In this document: one piece after another, positions 31,089-41,112 of the stretch
How positions within the stretch are numbered: the stretch's first letter is position 1
How the letters are laid out: each line of letters opens with the position of its first letter
Assembly: GCA_964413155.1 (NCBI GenBank)
Contig: CAYPRT010000001.1
Coordinates: 102,702-166,701 of the forward strand
DNA length: 64,000 nt
From: an uncultured Hyphomicrobiales bacterium
GTDB taxonomy: Bacteria > Bacteroidota > Ignavibacteria > Kapaibacteriales > UBA2268
Direction of reading: 5' to 3'
Translations under genes and position numbers: made by a program
The notes under the pieces: model-generated
What the model was told of the DNA's origin: nothing
Database searches by the model: none
The model's input: only the letters and a program-made list of their open reading frames with translations

Positions 31089-31260
31089 TGTATTTCTAAA
31101 TTTAGCTTTACAAAAACAAAAAGTTTTATCGAAAATTTAACAAAACAAAGTTGATAATAACTATTAAATCGAAATATCCAAAATAATATTATATAAAATC
31201 AACTTCAATCAAACTATTCAAATAAATTTTCTATTTTTGTAGTTTTAAAAGAATTTAACA

Positions 31261-32532
31261 ATGAAAGTTGCAATACTCGGTCTTGGTTATGTAGGTTTGC
31301 CTTTAGCACTTGCAATAAAAAAGAAAACTAATCACGAAGTTGTTGGTTACGACCCCAAGAAGGAAAAAGTCGAAAAGATTGAGAAAGGAATTTGCCCCAT
31401 TGACGATTGTCAGGCAGAAAAAGATTTAAAGGAATACAGAATTCCTGTTTCCGTAGATGAAAAGATTATCGAAGGTTCAAATATTTACTTTGTTTGTGTT
31501 CCAACTCCAGTCCTCGACGATTACACCCCTGATTTAAGGCCCTTAACAAAAGCAATTGGAACAATCGCCAATTACCTTAAACCATCGCAATACATTGTTA
31601 TTGAATCGACAATAAATCCCGGCGTTTGCGATGAGATTGTAATCCCAATGCTCGAACAATTAACAAAATTGAAAGTAAACAAGGATTTCTTCGTAGCCCA
31701 CTGCCCTGAAAGAATTAATCCAGGGGATCCTAAATGGAATGTTTACAATATTCCAAGAAATGTTGGTGCATCCACTCCCGAAGCAACACGCTTTATTGCT
31801 GATTTCTATCGTCAATTCCTTGAAGCAGAAGTCCATGAAATGCCTGATATCAAAACAACAGAAGCGACTAAGATAATTGAAAACACTTTCCGAGACATAA
31901 ACATTGCTTTTGTAAATGAATTGGCAAAAAGTTTCGAAATTTTGGGAATCGACATTCTAAAGGTAATTGAGGGTGCATCGAACAAGCCATTTGCTTTTCT
32001 ACCACACTATCCCGGATGTGGTGTCGGGGGGCATTGTATTCCAGTTGATCCATATTACCTTATCACCCGTGCTTCTAAAAGTGGTTTCGACCATAAATTT
32101 TTGAAATTGGCTCGTGAAATAAATAATTCAATGCCTGCCTACACTGTGAACCATCTTATAAATGCCCTAAATAAATACGAAAAACCTGTTAAAAACACTC
32201 GTATTGCCTTACTTGGGCTTTCTTACAAAGCAAACCTCGGAGATTTACGAGAAAGCCCAGCCTTGAAGATGAAACAATTGCTCGAGGATAAAGAAGCAAA
32301 TCTAGTTTGCTACGACCCATACCTGCCTGAGCTTTCAAACGCAAGCTCGCTTGAAGAAGCTTTGACTGGTACATTTGCAATTATTTTGGCAACAGCACAT
32401 AAGGAATTTTCCATTTTATCTGGTGTTCATCTTTCAAAATTTGGGATTAAAATTGTAATAGATGGAAGAAATTACCTTAACAAAGAAGATATTATTAATC
32501 ACGGAATTTATTATAAAGGAATTGGCAGATGA
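31261..32532 (+). CDS. Nucleotide-sugar dehydrogenase (UDP-glucose/GDP-mannose dehydrogenase family; WbpA/WecC-like)
   Basis: N-terminal Rossmann fold VAILGLGYVGLPLA. Catalytic Cys region GCGVGGHCIPVDP. Confidence 0.8.
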   Translation: MKVAILGLGYVGLPLALAIKKKTNHEVVGYDPKKEKVEKIEKGICPIDDCQAEKDLKEYRIPVSVDEKIIEGSNIYFVCVPTPVLDDYTPDLRPLTKAIGTIANYLKPSQYIVIESTINPGVCDEIVIPMLEQLTKLKVNKDFFVAHCPERINPGDPKWNVYNIPRNVGASTPEATRFIADFYRQFLEAEVHEMPDIKTTEATKIIENTFRDINIAFVNELAKSFEILGIDILKVIEGASNKPFAFLPHYPGCGVGGHCIPVDPYYLITRASKSGFDHKFLKLAREINNSMPAYTVNHLINALNKYEKPVKNTRIALLGLSYKANLGDLRESPALKMKQLLEDKEANLVCYDPYLPELSNASSLEEALTGTFAIILATAHKEFSILSGVHLSKFGIKIVIDGRNYLNKEDIINHGIYYKGIGR

Positions 32533-33659
32533 CTATTCAATTTATTGATTTACAAAGGCAATACCAAAAAATTGAAGCAAAACTAAATGAAAGATTATCG
32601 AAAGTATTAAAAAGTTGCAAATTTATCCTTGGACAAGAAATTATTGAACTGGAAAAAAAATTAGCCGAATTTGTTGGTAGAAAATATTGTGTGACTTGTT
32701 CATCTGGGACCGATGCTTTGTTAATGCCCCTTATGGCTTGGGGTATTGGTCCTGGCGACGCCGTTTTTACAACACCATTTACTTTTATTGCTACTTCCGA
32801 AGTTATTCGATTAGTAGGAGCAACACCTGTTTTTGTTGATGTTGATGAAAAAACTTTTAATATTGACCCAAAACAATTAGAACAAATAATTGACCAAGTT
32901 GAAAAAGAAGGTAAACTTCAACCAAAAGCAATCATTCCAGTTGACCTTTTTGGATTACCAGTTGATTATGATTCTATTTTGGAAATTGCCAAGAAACACG
33001 ACCTTCTTGTTCTCGAAGATGCAGCACAAGGCTTCGGGGGAAGTTACAATGGACGCTACGCTTGTTCTTGGGGGAATGCTTCCGCAACTTCCTTCTTCCC
33101 CGCAAAACCACTTGGGTGCTACGGCGACGGAGGAGCTGTTTTTACCGACGATCCTGAACTTTACGAACTACTCATTTCCATTCGTGTTCATGGACAAGGA
33201 GAGAACAAATACGAAAATGTCCGTAATGGAATCAATGGAAGACTTGATACATTACAAGCAGCAGTTCTGATTGAAAAGCTCGAAATCTTCCTAGATGAGT
33301 TAAACTTAAGAAATGAAATTGCAGAAAAATATTGCAAAATTCTTCATGGCAAAGTCACTACTCCATTCATTCCCGATGGATACAAATCCTCTTGGGCACA
33401 ATTCTCTATTTTAGCTAAAAATGAATTGGAACGACAAAAAATAATTGACAAGCTTTCCAAAAAAGGAATTCCAACTGCTATTTACTATCCTAAGCCATTA
33501 CATTTGCAAAAAGTAAATATCGACCTTGGATACAAGGAAGGAAACTTTCCCGTTGCAGAGGCAATTTCCAAAAGAATTTTCTCAATACCTATGCATCCAT
33601 ACCTTACTGATTCAGAAATCGAACTTATTGCAACAACAATATTAGAAGCCTTAAAATAA
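32529..33659 (+). CDS. DegT/DnrJ/EryC1/StrS-family PLP-dependent sugar aminotransferase
   Basis: Conserved DegT fold with a PLP-lysine region (SFFPAKPLG). ATGA overlap with the upstream dehydrogenase. Confidence 0.85.
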   Translation: MTIQFIDLQRQYQKIEAKLNERLSKVLKSCKFILGQEIIELEKKLAEFVGRKYCVTCSSGTDALLMPLMAWGIGPGDAVFTTPFTFIATSEVIRLVGATPVFVDVDEKTFNIDPKQLEQIIDQVEKEGKLQPKAIIPVDLFGLPVDYDSILEIAKKHDLLVLEDAAQGFGGSYNGRYACSWGNASATSFFPAKPLGCYGDGGAVFTDDPELYELLISIRVHGQGENKYENVRNGINGRLDTLQAAVLIEKLEIFLDELNLRNEIAEKYCKILHGKVTTPFIPDGYKSSWAQFSILAKNELERQKIIDKLSKKGIPTAIYYPKPLHLQKVNIDLGYKEGNFPVAEAISKRIFSIPMHPYLTDSEIELIATTILEALK

Positions 33660-33672
33660 CCATTAGCAAATT

Positions 33673-35148
33673 GTGGATAATTCGACAAATAATAAAGAAG
33701 AGTTAATACGAGGATTAGGTTTAATAACAACTGTTGCAATTGTAGTTGGTGCTGTAATAGGTTCAGGAATCTTTAAAAAACCCACTGTAATGGCACAATC
33801 GCTTGGCTCCCCCGAGTTAATCTTGGTCGTTTGGGTAATAGCTGGAATAATTACATTAATTGGTGCATTGACCAACGCCGAAATAGCAAGTTTTATTTCC
33901 GAAACTGGTGGGCAATATAAATTTTTCGAAGCAATGTACGGAAATTTTTTTGCTTGGCTCTATGGTTGGTCGATGTTTATTGTTGTCCAATGTGGCTCCA
34001 TTGCTTCCATCTCTTACATTTTTTCCGACTATTTTCAATATTTTATTAAGCTTCCCCACTTTTCCCAAGAAATTGAACGAAGCTTTTACATTGCATTTCC
34101 ATTCATCGGTAATATTTATCCACTTGCTGATTTCGGAACAAAATTGTTGACAATTTTATTAATTTTTTTTCTAACATTCATTAACATTAGGGGAGTTGTG
34201 CTCGGAGGAAACGTTTCTGCAATTTTTACTTTTATGAAAGTAGCGACAATCCTCTTTCTAGTTCTCATCGCCTTTGCTTTTACTAATGGAAGCATTGAAA
34301 ATTTCACCAAAGATAGTGCTGATTTTATTTCTGGAAAAATAAACATATTTTCTGGAATAATGGTATCGCTTTCTGCTGCATTTTGGGCTTTCGATGGTTG
34401 GAATAACATTACATATATAGCTGGGGAAGTCAAAAATCCGCGAAAGAATATCCCAATTGGCTTGTCGATTGGAACACTGATTGTTTTAATAATTTATTTA
34501 AACATAAATCTTGCTTACATCTACGTTCTACCCATTGACAAAATTGCAAAATCACAATTAGTTGCAGCCGATACCGCCAGCCAAGCACTTGGAATGTTCG
34601 GAGGAGCATTTGTTGCCTTTGCTGTAATGGTTTCAACATTTGGGACATCGAACGGAACAATTATGGTAAGTTCGCGCCTATACTACTCGATGGCTCGGGA
34701 GCAACTTTTTTTTGAGTCAATCTCAAAAATTCACAAAAAATATAAAACCCCTGCAAATTCTTTGCTCTTGCAAGCAATCTGGACAAGTATTTTAGTTATT
34801 AGTGGTACATTCGACATCCTAACCGATATGCTAATTTTTGTCAGTTGGTTTTTTTATGGGATGGGAGCTCTTGGAGTATTTATTTTAAGAAAGAAAATGC
34901 CCGATGCTCAAAGACTTTATAAAGTAATAGGTTATCCTTTTGTACCGGCGATTTTTGTCCTTTTTGCCTTTTCATTTGTAATCTTTACAATTTTTAGCGA
35001 TATTCAAATGTTCAGAGAAGGCAAAACACAACTTATCAATTCAATTTTTGGCACAGCTCTTGTTTTAATTGGAATTCCTTTTTATTTTTACTTTATGAAA
35101 AAAAAGCAAAAAACGAAAAGTAAATATAACCAAACAACCAAGGAGTAA
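33673..35148 (+). CDS. Amino acid permease (APC superfamily)
   Basis: 12-TM APC pattern GSGIF. GTG start at 33673 (no upstream ATG). Confidence 0.75.
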   Translation: MDNSTNNKEELIRGLGLITTVAIVVGAVIGSGIFKKPTVMAQSLGSPELILVVWVIAGIITLIGALTNAEIASFISETGGQYKFFEAMYGNFFAWLYGWSMFIVVQCGSIASISYIFSDYFQYFIKLPHFSQEIERSFYIAFPFIGNIYPLADFGTKLLTILLIFFLTFINIRGVVLGGNVSAIFTFMKVATILFLVLIAFAFTNGSIENFTKDSADFISGKINIFSGIMVSLSAAFWAFDGWNNITYIAGEVKNPRKNIPIGLSIGTLIVLIIYLNINLAYIYVLPIDKIAKSQLVAADTASQALGMFGGAFVAFAVMVSTFGTSNGTIMVSSRLYYSMAREQLFFESISKIHKKYKTPANSLLLQAIWTSILVISGTFDILTDMLIFVSWFFYGMGALGVFILRKKMPDAQRLYKVIGYPFVPAIFVLFAFSFVIFTIFSDIQMFREGKTQLINSIFGTALVLIGIPFYFYFMKKKQKTKSKYNQTTKE

Positions 35149-35150
35149 AA

Positions 35151-35789
35151 ATGTCAGCTTTAGTTTACACAATTCATTCCAAAAATCCTGAAAGAAGAAA
35201 GCTCCAAAAAGTTTGCGAAGCATTATACGAAGGCGGCGTTATTATTTATCCAACCGACACAGGTTTTACTTTGGGTTGTGCTCTTGCAAATAAAGACGCA
35301 ATTCAAAAGATTCGCCAAATTCGAAACATACCCGAAGACAAAGCTCTTACTTTCCTTTGCCGGGATTTATCGAATATTTCTGAGTTTGCCAAAGTAAGTA
35401 ATTTAGCATACAAAACCATCAAAAAGCTAATACCCGGGCCATATACTTTTATCCTTCCTGCATCGAAAGAAGTACCACGCTATGCCCAAGACCCGAAAAG
35501 GAAAACAGCGGGGATTCGTGTTCCCGACCACATACTTTCCCAAGCTTTGCTCGAAGAACTTGGCTCCCCAATTATTTCAATTAGCGCAAAAATCGAAGGT
35601 TTCGAGTATACCCACCCAGAAGAGTTACTCGAAAAATTCCTTAACTTGGTGGACGTTGCTGTAAAGACCGATGAATATAATTTTGTTGGTGAATCTACTG
35701 TAATTGATATGACAACCGATGAATTTAAAATCATACGACACGGTGCAGGAATTGCAAAAGTTCTGGAATATGTGGACTTAAATGAGTAA
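35151..35789 (+). CDS. tsaC: L-threonylcarbamoyladenylate synthase, YrdC/TsaC type
   Basis: YrdC fold motifs (IYPTDTGFTLGC, SISAK). AGGAG SD. 212 aa. Confidence 0.8.
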   Translation: MSALVYTIHSKNPERRKLQKVCEALYEGGVIIYPTDTGFTLGCALANKDAIQKIRQIRNIPEDKALTFLCRDLSNISEFAKVSNLAYKTIKKLIPGPYTFILPASKEVPRYAQDPKRKTAGIRVPDHILSQALLEELGSPIISISAKIEGFEYTHPEELLEKFLNLVDVAVKTDEYNFVGESTVIDMTTDEFKIIRHGAGIAKVLEYVDLNE

Positions 35790-35828
35790 TAAATCTGACA
35801 TATTGTAAGAAAACTTGACAAAATGACA

Positions 35829-35856
35829 AAGGCAGTCCGAAGACTGCCTTTTTGTC
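35829..35856. terminator. Hairpin terminator between convergent tsaC and ECF sigma genes
   Basis: AAGGCAGTC-CGAA-GACTGCCTT followed by TTTTGTC. Confidence 0.5.
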
Positions 35857-35875
35857 AGAGCACAGAAGCAAAGCA

Positions 35876-36433
35876 CTAATTTTCGTTCAAAGAATCGTAA
35901 AGTTCTTTGAGCTTTTTCCTGAGGTGAAGCACGGCGTAGCGTTTCCTTGCAAGAAGAGTATTTATGTTAACACCTGTTTGTTCCGACATTTCGCGGAAAG
36001 AGACGCCCTGAAATTCGTTTTTAATAAATACATCACGCTGTTCAGGAGGTAATTCAGCAAGGCCTTCCTGAACTCTTTCCCAAATAGTTTGGCGAAGCAA
36101 TTCCGTATCTGGGTCGGAAGTTTTGTCCGAAATGAAGCTTTCGAAAGTGTCCGATGGGTCATCCGAAGCGCTTGGTAATTGCATATCGGAAAATGTTTCG
36201 GCTCGTTTTTTGCGATATGAATCAATAATACGATTGCGTATAGCAGTAAAAACCCACGACGCAACGTTTTCAATTGGTTTTTGCATCTGCTGCGAAGCAG
36301 CAAGCACATTGGCAAAGACATCTTGTAAGATATCTTCTGCTTCTTCCTGGCTTCGCACCCTTTGCCTGATGAACCCAAGAAACTTCTTACGGTCGGTTCT
36401 AAATAACTGTTCGATTTGAGATGTAAAATCCAT
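35876..36433 (-). CDS. RNA polymerase sigma-70 factor, ECF subfamily (no adjacent anti-sigma gene)
   Basis: Region 2 (DILQDVFANVL) and region 4 (QGVSFREMSEQTGVNINTLLARKRYAVLHLRKKL). ATG 36433 with AAAGGAGGTAAG SD. Visibly higher GC than neighbouring genes. Confidence 0.8.
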   Translation of the reverse strand: MDFTSQIEQLFRTDRKKFLGFIRQRVRSQEEAEDILQDVFANVLAASQQMQKPIENVASWVFTAIRNRIIDSYRKKRAETFSDMQLPSASDDPSDTFESFISDKTSDPDTELLRQTIWERVQEGLAELPPEQRDVFIKNEFQGVSFREMSEQTGVNINTLLARKRYAVLHLRKKLKELYDSLNEN

Positions 36434-36696
36434 CTTACCTCCTTTATTTTTAATTACACCATTTTACAAGAGGGCTTTTTACAATTCCTGTCAAAATGAC
36501 AGAAAGCTTCAGTTCATTTTTTCCCCATTCAGCCAAAATTTTATGCATTTTCACTTCCACAAAAAAATGAAACAGAGTATCAATTTTTCATAAACCCTCG
36601 TAAAATGGTATAATTAAAAACATTTATTCTTTTCAAATTTTTGTCACATTCCATAAGTAATAGACACATAAATTTCAAAAAAGTTTCACTAACTTA

Positions 36697-38349
36697 TCAA
36701 TTTTTTAACATAGGAATTTTTATGCCAAACTTTTTAGCATTTTCTATTGCTCTTTCATAACCTGCATCGGCATGCCTGATGATTCCAGTCATTGGGTCGA
36801 AAGTCAAAACTCGTTTCAAGCGGATTTCTGCTTCTTCGGTTCCATCGGCAACAACGACCATACCTGCGTGCAAAGCCAAACCCATTCCCACACCACCTCC
36901 ATGATGGAACGAAACCCAACTTGCACCCCCAATTGCATTCAAAGCAAAATTAAAGTAAACCCAGTCGGCAATAGCATCCGAACCATCTTTCATATTTTCA
37001 GTCTCGCGATAGGGGGAAGCAACCGAGCCACAATCCAAATGATCTCGTCCTATTACAATTGGCGCAGAAACCTCGCCGGAACGAACCAATTCATTGAATA
37101 ACAATCCTGCTTTTAATCTATCCCCATAACCCAACCAGCAAATTCGTGCTGGCAACGCTTGGAATCGAACATGCTTCTGGGCATTTTTTATCCATCGATG
37201 CAAGGCATTATCATTTGGGAAAATATCCATAATTGCTTCATCAGTTTTGTAAATATCCTTAGGGTCGCCGGACAAAGCCACCCATCGAAAAGGTCCTTTT
37301 CCATCGCAAAACAGAGGTCGAATATATTCAGGAACAAAACCAGGAAAAGCAAAGGCATTTTCGACCCCTCCGTATTCCTTCGCTATCCCACGAATATTAT
37401 TGCCATAATCGAAAACAACTGCACCACGATTTTTAAACTCTATCATTGTTCGAACATGGGTTGCAATGGATTTATAAGCTTCCTCAAGATACTTATCAGG
37501 GTTTTCAACACGAAGTCTATCCGCTTCTTCTTTTGTATAACCCGCAGGATAATACCCATTCAAAGGATCGTGGGCAGCTGTTTGGTCGGTCACAACATCT
37601 GGAATAATGCCACGACGAAGTATTTCAGGATGAATTTCAGCAGCATTACCAACCAAGCCAACAGAGACAGCACGCTTTTCTTCTTTTGCCTTCAGAACGA
37701 TAGAAAGTGCTTCGTCAAGGTTGTAAACTTTTTGTTGACAATAACCATCGTGGATGCGTTTGTCGATTCTCTTTTCGTCAATTTCAACCGTTAAAGAAGC
37801 AGCACCAGCGAAATAAGCAGCCAGAGGTTGGGCTCCACCCATTCCGCCCATACCAGCAGTAAGTAAAAATCGACCGTACAAATCGCCGCCAAAGTGCTGA
37901 CGAGCTACGGCTGCAAAGGTTTCGTAAGTTCCCTGCAAAATTCCTTGGGTACCAATATAAATCCAACTTCCTGCCGTCATCTGACCAAACATAATCAATC
38001 CAAGTTTATCCAGGCGACGAAACTCTTCCCAGGTAGCCCATTTTGGAACAAGATTCGAGTTGGCAATGATAACTCGGGGAGCAAGAGTAAATGTTGGAAC
38101 AATTCCAACTGGCTTTCCCGATTGAACAAGCAAAGTTTCGTCGGGTTCTAAGTTCTTCAATGCATCAAGTATTGCATCGAAACATTCCCAATTGCGTGCA
38201 GCTTTACCATAACCACCATAAACAATTAGTTGGTCTGGTTTCTCGGCGTTCTCTGGGTCTACATTATGCTGAATCATTCGATAGGCAGCTTCGATCTGCC
38301 AATTTTTACAAGTTAATTGTGTACCACGGGGTACTTTTACAGTTCTCAT
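36697..38349 (-). CDS. hutU: Urocanate hydratase (urocanase), found without other hut genes
   Basis: N-terminus [53 protein letters not shown]...[14 protein letters not shown] matches the urocanase family throughout. Start set to the ATG at 38349. Confidence 0.9.
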   Translation of the reverse strand: MRTVKVPRGTQLTCKNWQIEAAYRMIQHNVDPENAEKPDQLIVYGGYGKAARNWECFDAILDALKNLEPDETLLVQSGKPVGIVPTFTLAPRVIIANSNLVPKWATWEEFRRLDKLGLIMFGQMTAGSWIYIGTQGILQGTYETFAAVARQHFGGDLYGRFLLTAGMGGMGGAQPLAAYFAGAASLTVEIDEKRIDKRIHDGYCQQKVYNLDEALSIVLKAKEEKRAVSVGLVGNAAEIHPEILRRGIIPDVVTDQTAAHDPLNGYYPAGYTKEEADRLRVENPDKYLEEAYKSIATHVRTMIEFKNRGAVVFDYGNNIRGIAKEYGGVENAFAFPGFVPEYIRPLFCDGKGPFRWVALSGDPKDIYKTDEAIMDIFPNDNALHRWIKNAQKHVRFQALPARICWLGYGDRLKAGLLFNELVRSGEVSAPIVIGRDHLDCGSVASPYRETENMKDGSDAIADWVYFNFALNAIGGASWVSFHHGGGVGMGLALHAGMVVVADGTEEAEIRLKRVLTFDPMTGIIRHADAGYERAIENAKKFGIKIPMLKN

Positions 38350-38517
38350 TTTTGTCCAAAGAAAAAACACAAAAATAAATTAAAAAATTTTAATGAATTC
38401 GGTAAGAAATGACAATATTTTTTTTCCTTAATTGAAGAATGCAAATTAATAAAAATATTTTAGAAAAAATCAATTTGCTATTATTATTGTAAATTTGTTA
38501 ATTAATTGGAGGGAAAA

Positions 38518-41064
38518 ATGAAAAATATTTGTGTGATTTTCATTGTGGTAATTTTCATTGTTCACAACCTTTATTCAAAAGATGGAGATACAGTTAGGAT
38601 TAATACCATTCAATTTGGAAGCCCGAAATATGGTTGGTTCGAATTCCCAGACTCATCAAAAAAATTTCAAAAAATTTTGATGAACTATACTATTAAATGC
38701 CCTTGCGGGGAGTGGGACTATCTTGCTATGGTTTTTGTTAAACAATTTTTTGCTCCCAGCTTCCGAGTAGATAGCACAGTTTTGCCCGAATTTGCTTGTA
38801 TGTTCGACACATCATGGAATTACTCTGCCAAAGTTGAAAATGGGAAATTAGTAGTAGATTCCACACCAAAAAAGCCTCGCCTTTTAGAATTTTATTCCGA
38901 TAGCACCAATCCAACAATTCGAACATCTTATCGATATGTTTGGGATACCTACTACCGCTACGAATTCGACAAAAATGGTAATCCAATTGATTCATTTTTA
39001 GTCCAGCCCGACACTATTTTGTATTTAACAAAACGAAGAATTTATTTCGACGACCCAGTTGCAATTGCCGATAGGTATGAAATTATGCGATTTGTCACTC
39101 CATATGGGATTGGTTTAGATGTTGGTGATGGTTTCACATGGACAATGGACGTTACAGATTTTTGGCCATTACTTCAAGGAAAAGTATTCATTGACGCACC
39201 CAACCAGCAGGAAGCAATTCAAATCACATTTGATTTCATCGAAGGTGAACCAGAACGCGATATCATTCGATTTGAAAGAATTTATGATTTTATTGATGTT
39301 GTCTACGACAAAAATTTCGAAAAGAAAGTAGGCAAAATCCAAGTTCAAACCTCGCCTTCTACAGCAAAAATGTATAAATTAAAAGTAATTCAAACAGGTC
39401 ATGGATTCGGTGGCAATGATGATAATTGCTGCGAATTTTGTAAAAAAAATGCATATGTTAAAGTTAACGATACAATTCGCTACACACGTGAAGTATGGCG
39501 AATCTGCTCCGAAAATCCTCTCTACCCGCAAGGCGGAACCTGGTTGCTCAACCGAACCAACTGGTGTCCAGGCGCCGAAGTTCAACCCTTTGATTTCGAA
39601 CTTACTCCTTTCATTGGGAACTACCGCTCTTTTACTTTTGATTACGATATGGATTATTATGATAAACCATATTCATCGGGTAGCAATACAATTGGTCGTT
39701 GGATAATTACCGCTTATCTAATCGCTTACACCAACCTTAAGTTTAATTTAGATGCAGAAATTTATGATATTATTGCTCCAAGCAAAAAAGATGTTTATAA
39801 AAGAGTGAACCCAACTTCTACCCATCCAATTATAGTCATCAGAAATCGTGGTTCAGAAACTATTACAAAACTTAAACTAAAATATGGCATAGTTAATGCA
39901 AAAGAATATGTATACGAATGGTCTGGTGAAATTAAATCATTAGCTTCACAACAAATTACTCTTCCAAGTTTAGATTGTAGCGATTGGAAAAGCAATAGCA
40001 ACAAATTCAAAGTTGAAATTTTGGAAGTCAATGAGAAAAATGATGAATACACATCGAATAACATTGGTTATTCCGAATTTGTACCCCCAGCTTCGTTTTA
40101 TAACAATTTAATTATTAAAGTAAAAACTAACAATTTCAACGTTCTTTCCAACGACCCATTGGCTCAACCATATTCATACAAAATCCAGGATTCTAAGGAT
40201 AATGTAATACTTTCAAAGATAGGTTTGCTTCCTTCTACAACTTATAGCGATACTATAAATCTTGATGATGGATGTTACGAATTTTACTTCGAAAATCAAT
40301 TGGAGTGTGGGCTGGGTTTTTGGTTCTATAAACAATATTTAGGACTTAACGATGGACTATTGCAAATTTCCAGCGATAATTTGATTTTATTCCAACCTAA
40401 TATTGATTTTGGTCGTTCTCTCCACCAATTTTTTATCGCAGAAGACCAACCAACCATCAAGTTTTCTCCCGATACAATTAATTTCGGAGATGTTTCAATA
40501 ACTCAAACAACAACACAGAAAGCAATTATCAAACCTGCAAATCAGAAAGGTATTTCCCTGTGGAACTTCGATTTAGTTTTAGGTTCAACCAAAGGTTTTT
40601 CCATTGCAAAAATCGAACCTGACCCCGACCAGAGTGGCGTTTGGAACTTGTCCTATGGTGATTCAATCGTTGTTCATATTTCGTTCTCCCCAAAAAAAGT
40701 TGGTAAAACATCAACAAGTTTAACTTTTTTCACAAATGATAAGAAAAATGCTTCGGTTTCAATACCTATTAGAGCAAATGTTGTTTCGGAAAGTTATGTT
40801 GAAGATAATCCTGTTGCTCCATATATTGAACTGATAAACAATAAGAAAAACTTATATGTTTTTAATATTGATATACCAGAAAGTGAAATTCTAACTTGCA
40901 CTATTTATAATATCTTAGGAAAGTCAATTTCATCGGATGAAGTAAATCCTAGTTTACACAAATATTATGTAGATATGACAAGATTTGGTTCTGGCTGCTA
41001 TTGGATTACATTTCAAACCAATAGAAGAATTTTCGCTTTCCCTGTAGTTGTAATTAACGATTAA
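38518..41064 (+). CDS. Secreted multidomain protein: PNGase F-like N-terminal region, choice-of-anchor-D (ASH/Ig-like) domain, T9SS C-terminal sorting domain
   Basis: ATG 38518 with GGAGGG SD. Blocks recalled from Elizabethkingia PNGase F: CGEWDYLAMVFV (vs CDEWDRYANVYV), YEIMRFVTPYGIG (vs YEIGRFITPYWVG), MDVTDFWPLLQG (vs IDVTDFKSLLSG), NWCPGAEV (vs GWCPGMAV). ASH-like stretch FGDVSITQTTTQKAIIKPANQKGISLWNFDL...LTFFTND. C-terminal CTD ...CYWITFQTNRRIFAFPVVVIND. Confidence 0.55.
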   Translation: MKNICVIFIVVIFIVHNLYSKDGDTVRINTIQFGSPKYGWFEFPDSSKKFQKILMNYTIKCPCGEWDYLAMVFVKQFFAPSFRVDSTVLPEFACMFDTSWNYSAKVENGKLVVDSTPKKPRLLEFYSDSTNPTIRTSYRYVWDTYYRYEFDKNGNPIDSFLVQPDTILYLTKRRIYFDDPVAIADRYEIMRFVTPYGIGLDVGDGFTWTMDVTDFWPLLQGKVFIDAPNQQEAIQITFDFIEGEPERDIIRFERIYDFIDVVYDKNFEKKVGKIQVQTSPSTAKMYKLKVIQTGHGFGGNDDNCCEFCKKNAYVKVNDTIRYTREVWRICSENPLYPQGGTWLLNRTNWCPGAEVQPFDFELTPFIGNYRSFTFDYDMDYYDKPYSSGSNTIGRWIITAYLIAYTNLKFNLDAEIYDIIAPSKKDVYKRVNPTSTHPIIVIRNRGSETITKLKLKYGIVNAKEYVYEWSGEIKSLASQQITLPSLDCSDWKSNSNKFKVEILEVNEKNDEYTSNNIGYSEFVPPASFYNNLIIKVKTNNFNVLSNDPLAQPYSYKIQDSKDNVILSKIGLLPSTTYSDTINLDDGCYEFYFENQLECGLGFWFYKQYLGLNDGLLQISSDNLILFQPNIDFGRSLHQFFIAEDQPTIKFSPDTINFGDVSITQTTTQKAIIKPANQKGISLWNFDLVLGSTKGFSIAKIEPDPDQSGVWNLSYGDSIVVHISFSPKKVGKTSTSLTFFTNDKKNASVSIPIRANVVSESYVEDNPVAPYIELINNKKNLYVFNIDIPESEILTCTIYNILGKSISSDEVNPSLHKYYVDMTRFGSGCYWITFQTNRRIFAFPVVVIND

Positions 41065-41112
41065 GTTTAAACAAAAACTTATTTTTGCAAATTTATTATT
41101 CATCAAGGGAAA

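Noticed and set aside
33668-33676. TGTGGATAA DnaA-box-like nonamer at the permease start
   Set aside because: It is a single isolated occurrence inside a gene start, with no cluster of boxes.
35852-36052. 66-aa plus-strand ORF overlapping the ECF sigma gene
   Set aside because: It is antisense to a clearly conserved sigma-70 region 4 and has no independent support.
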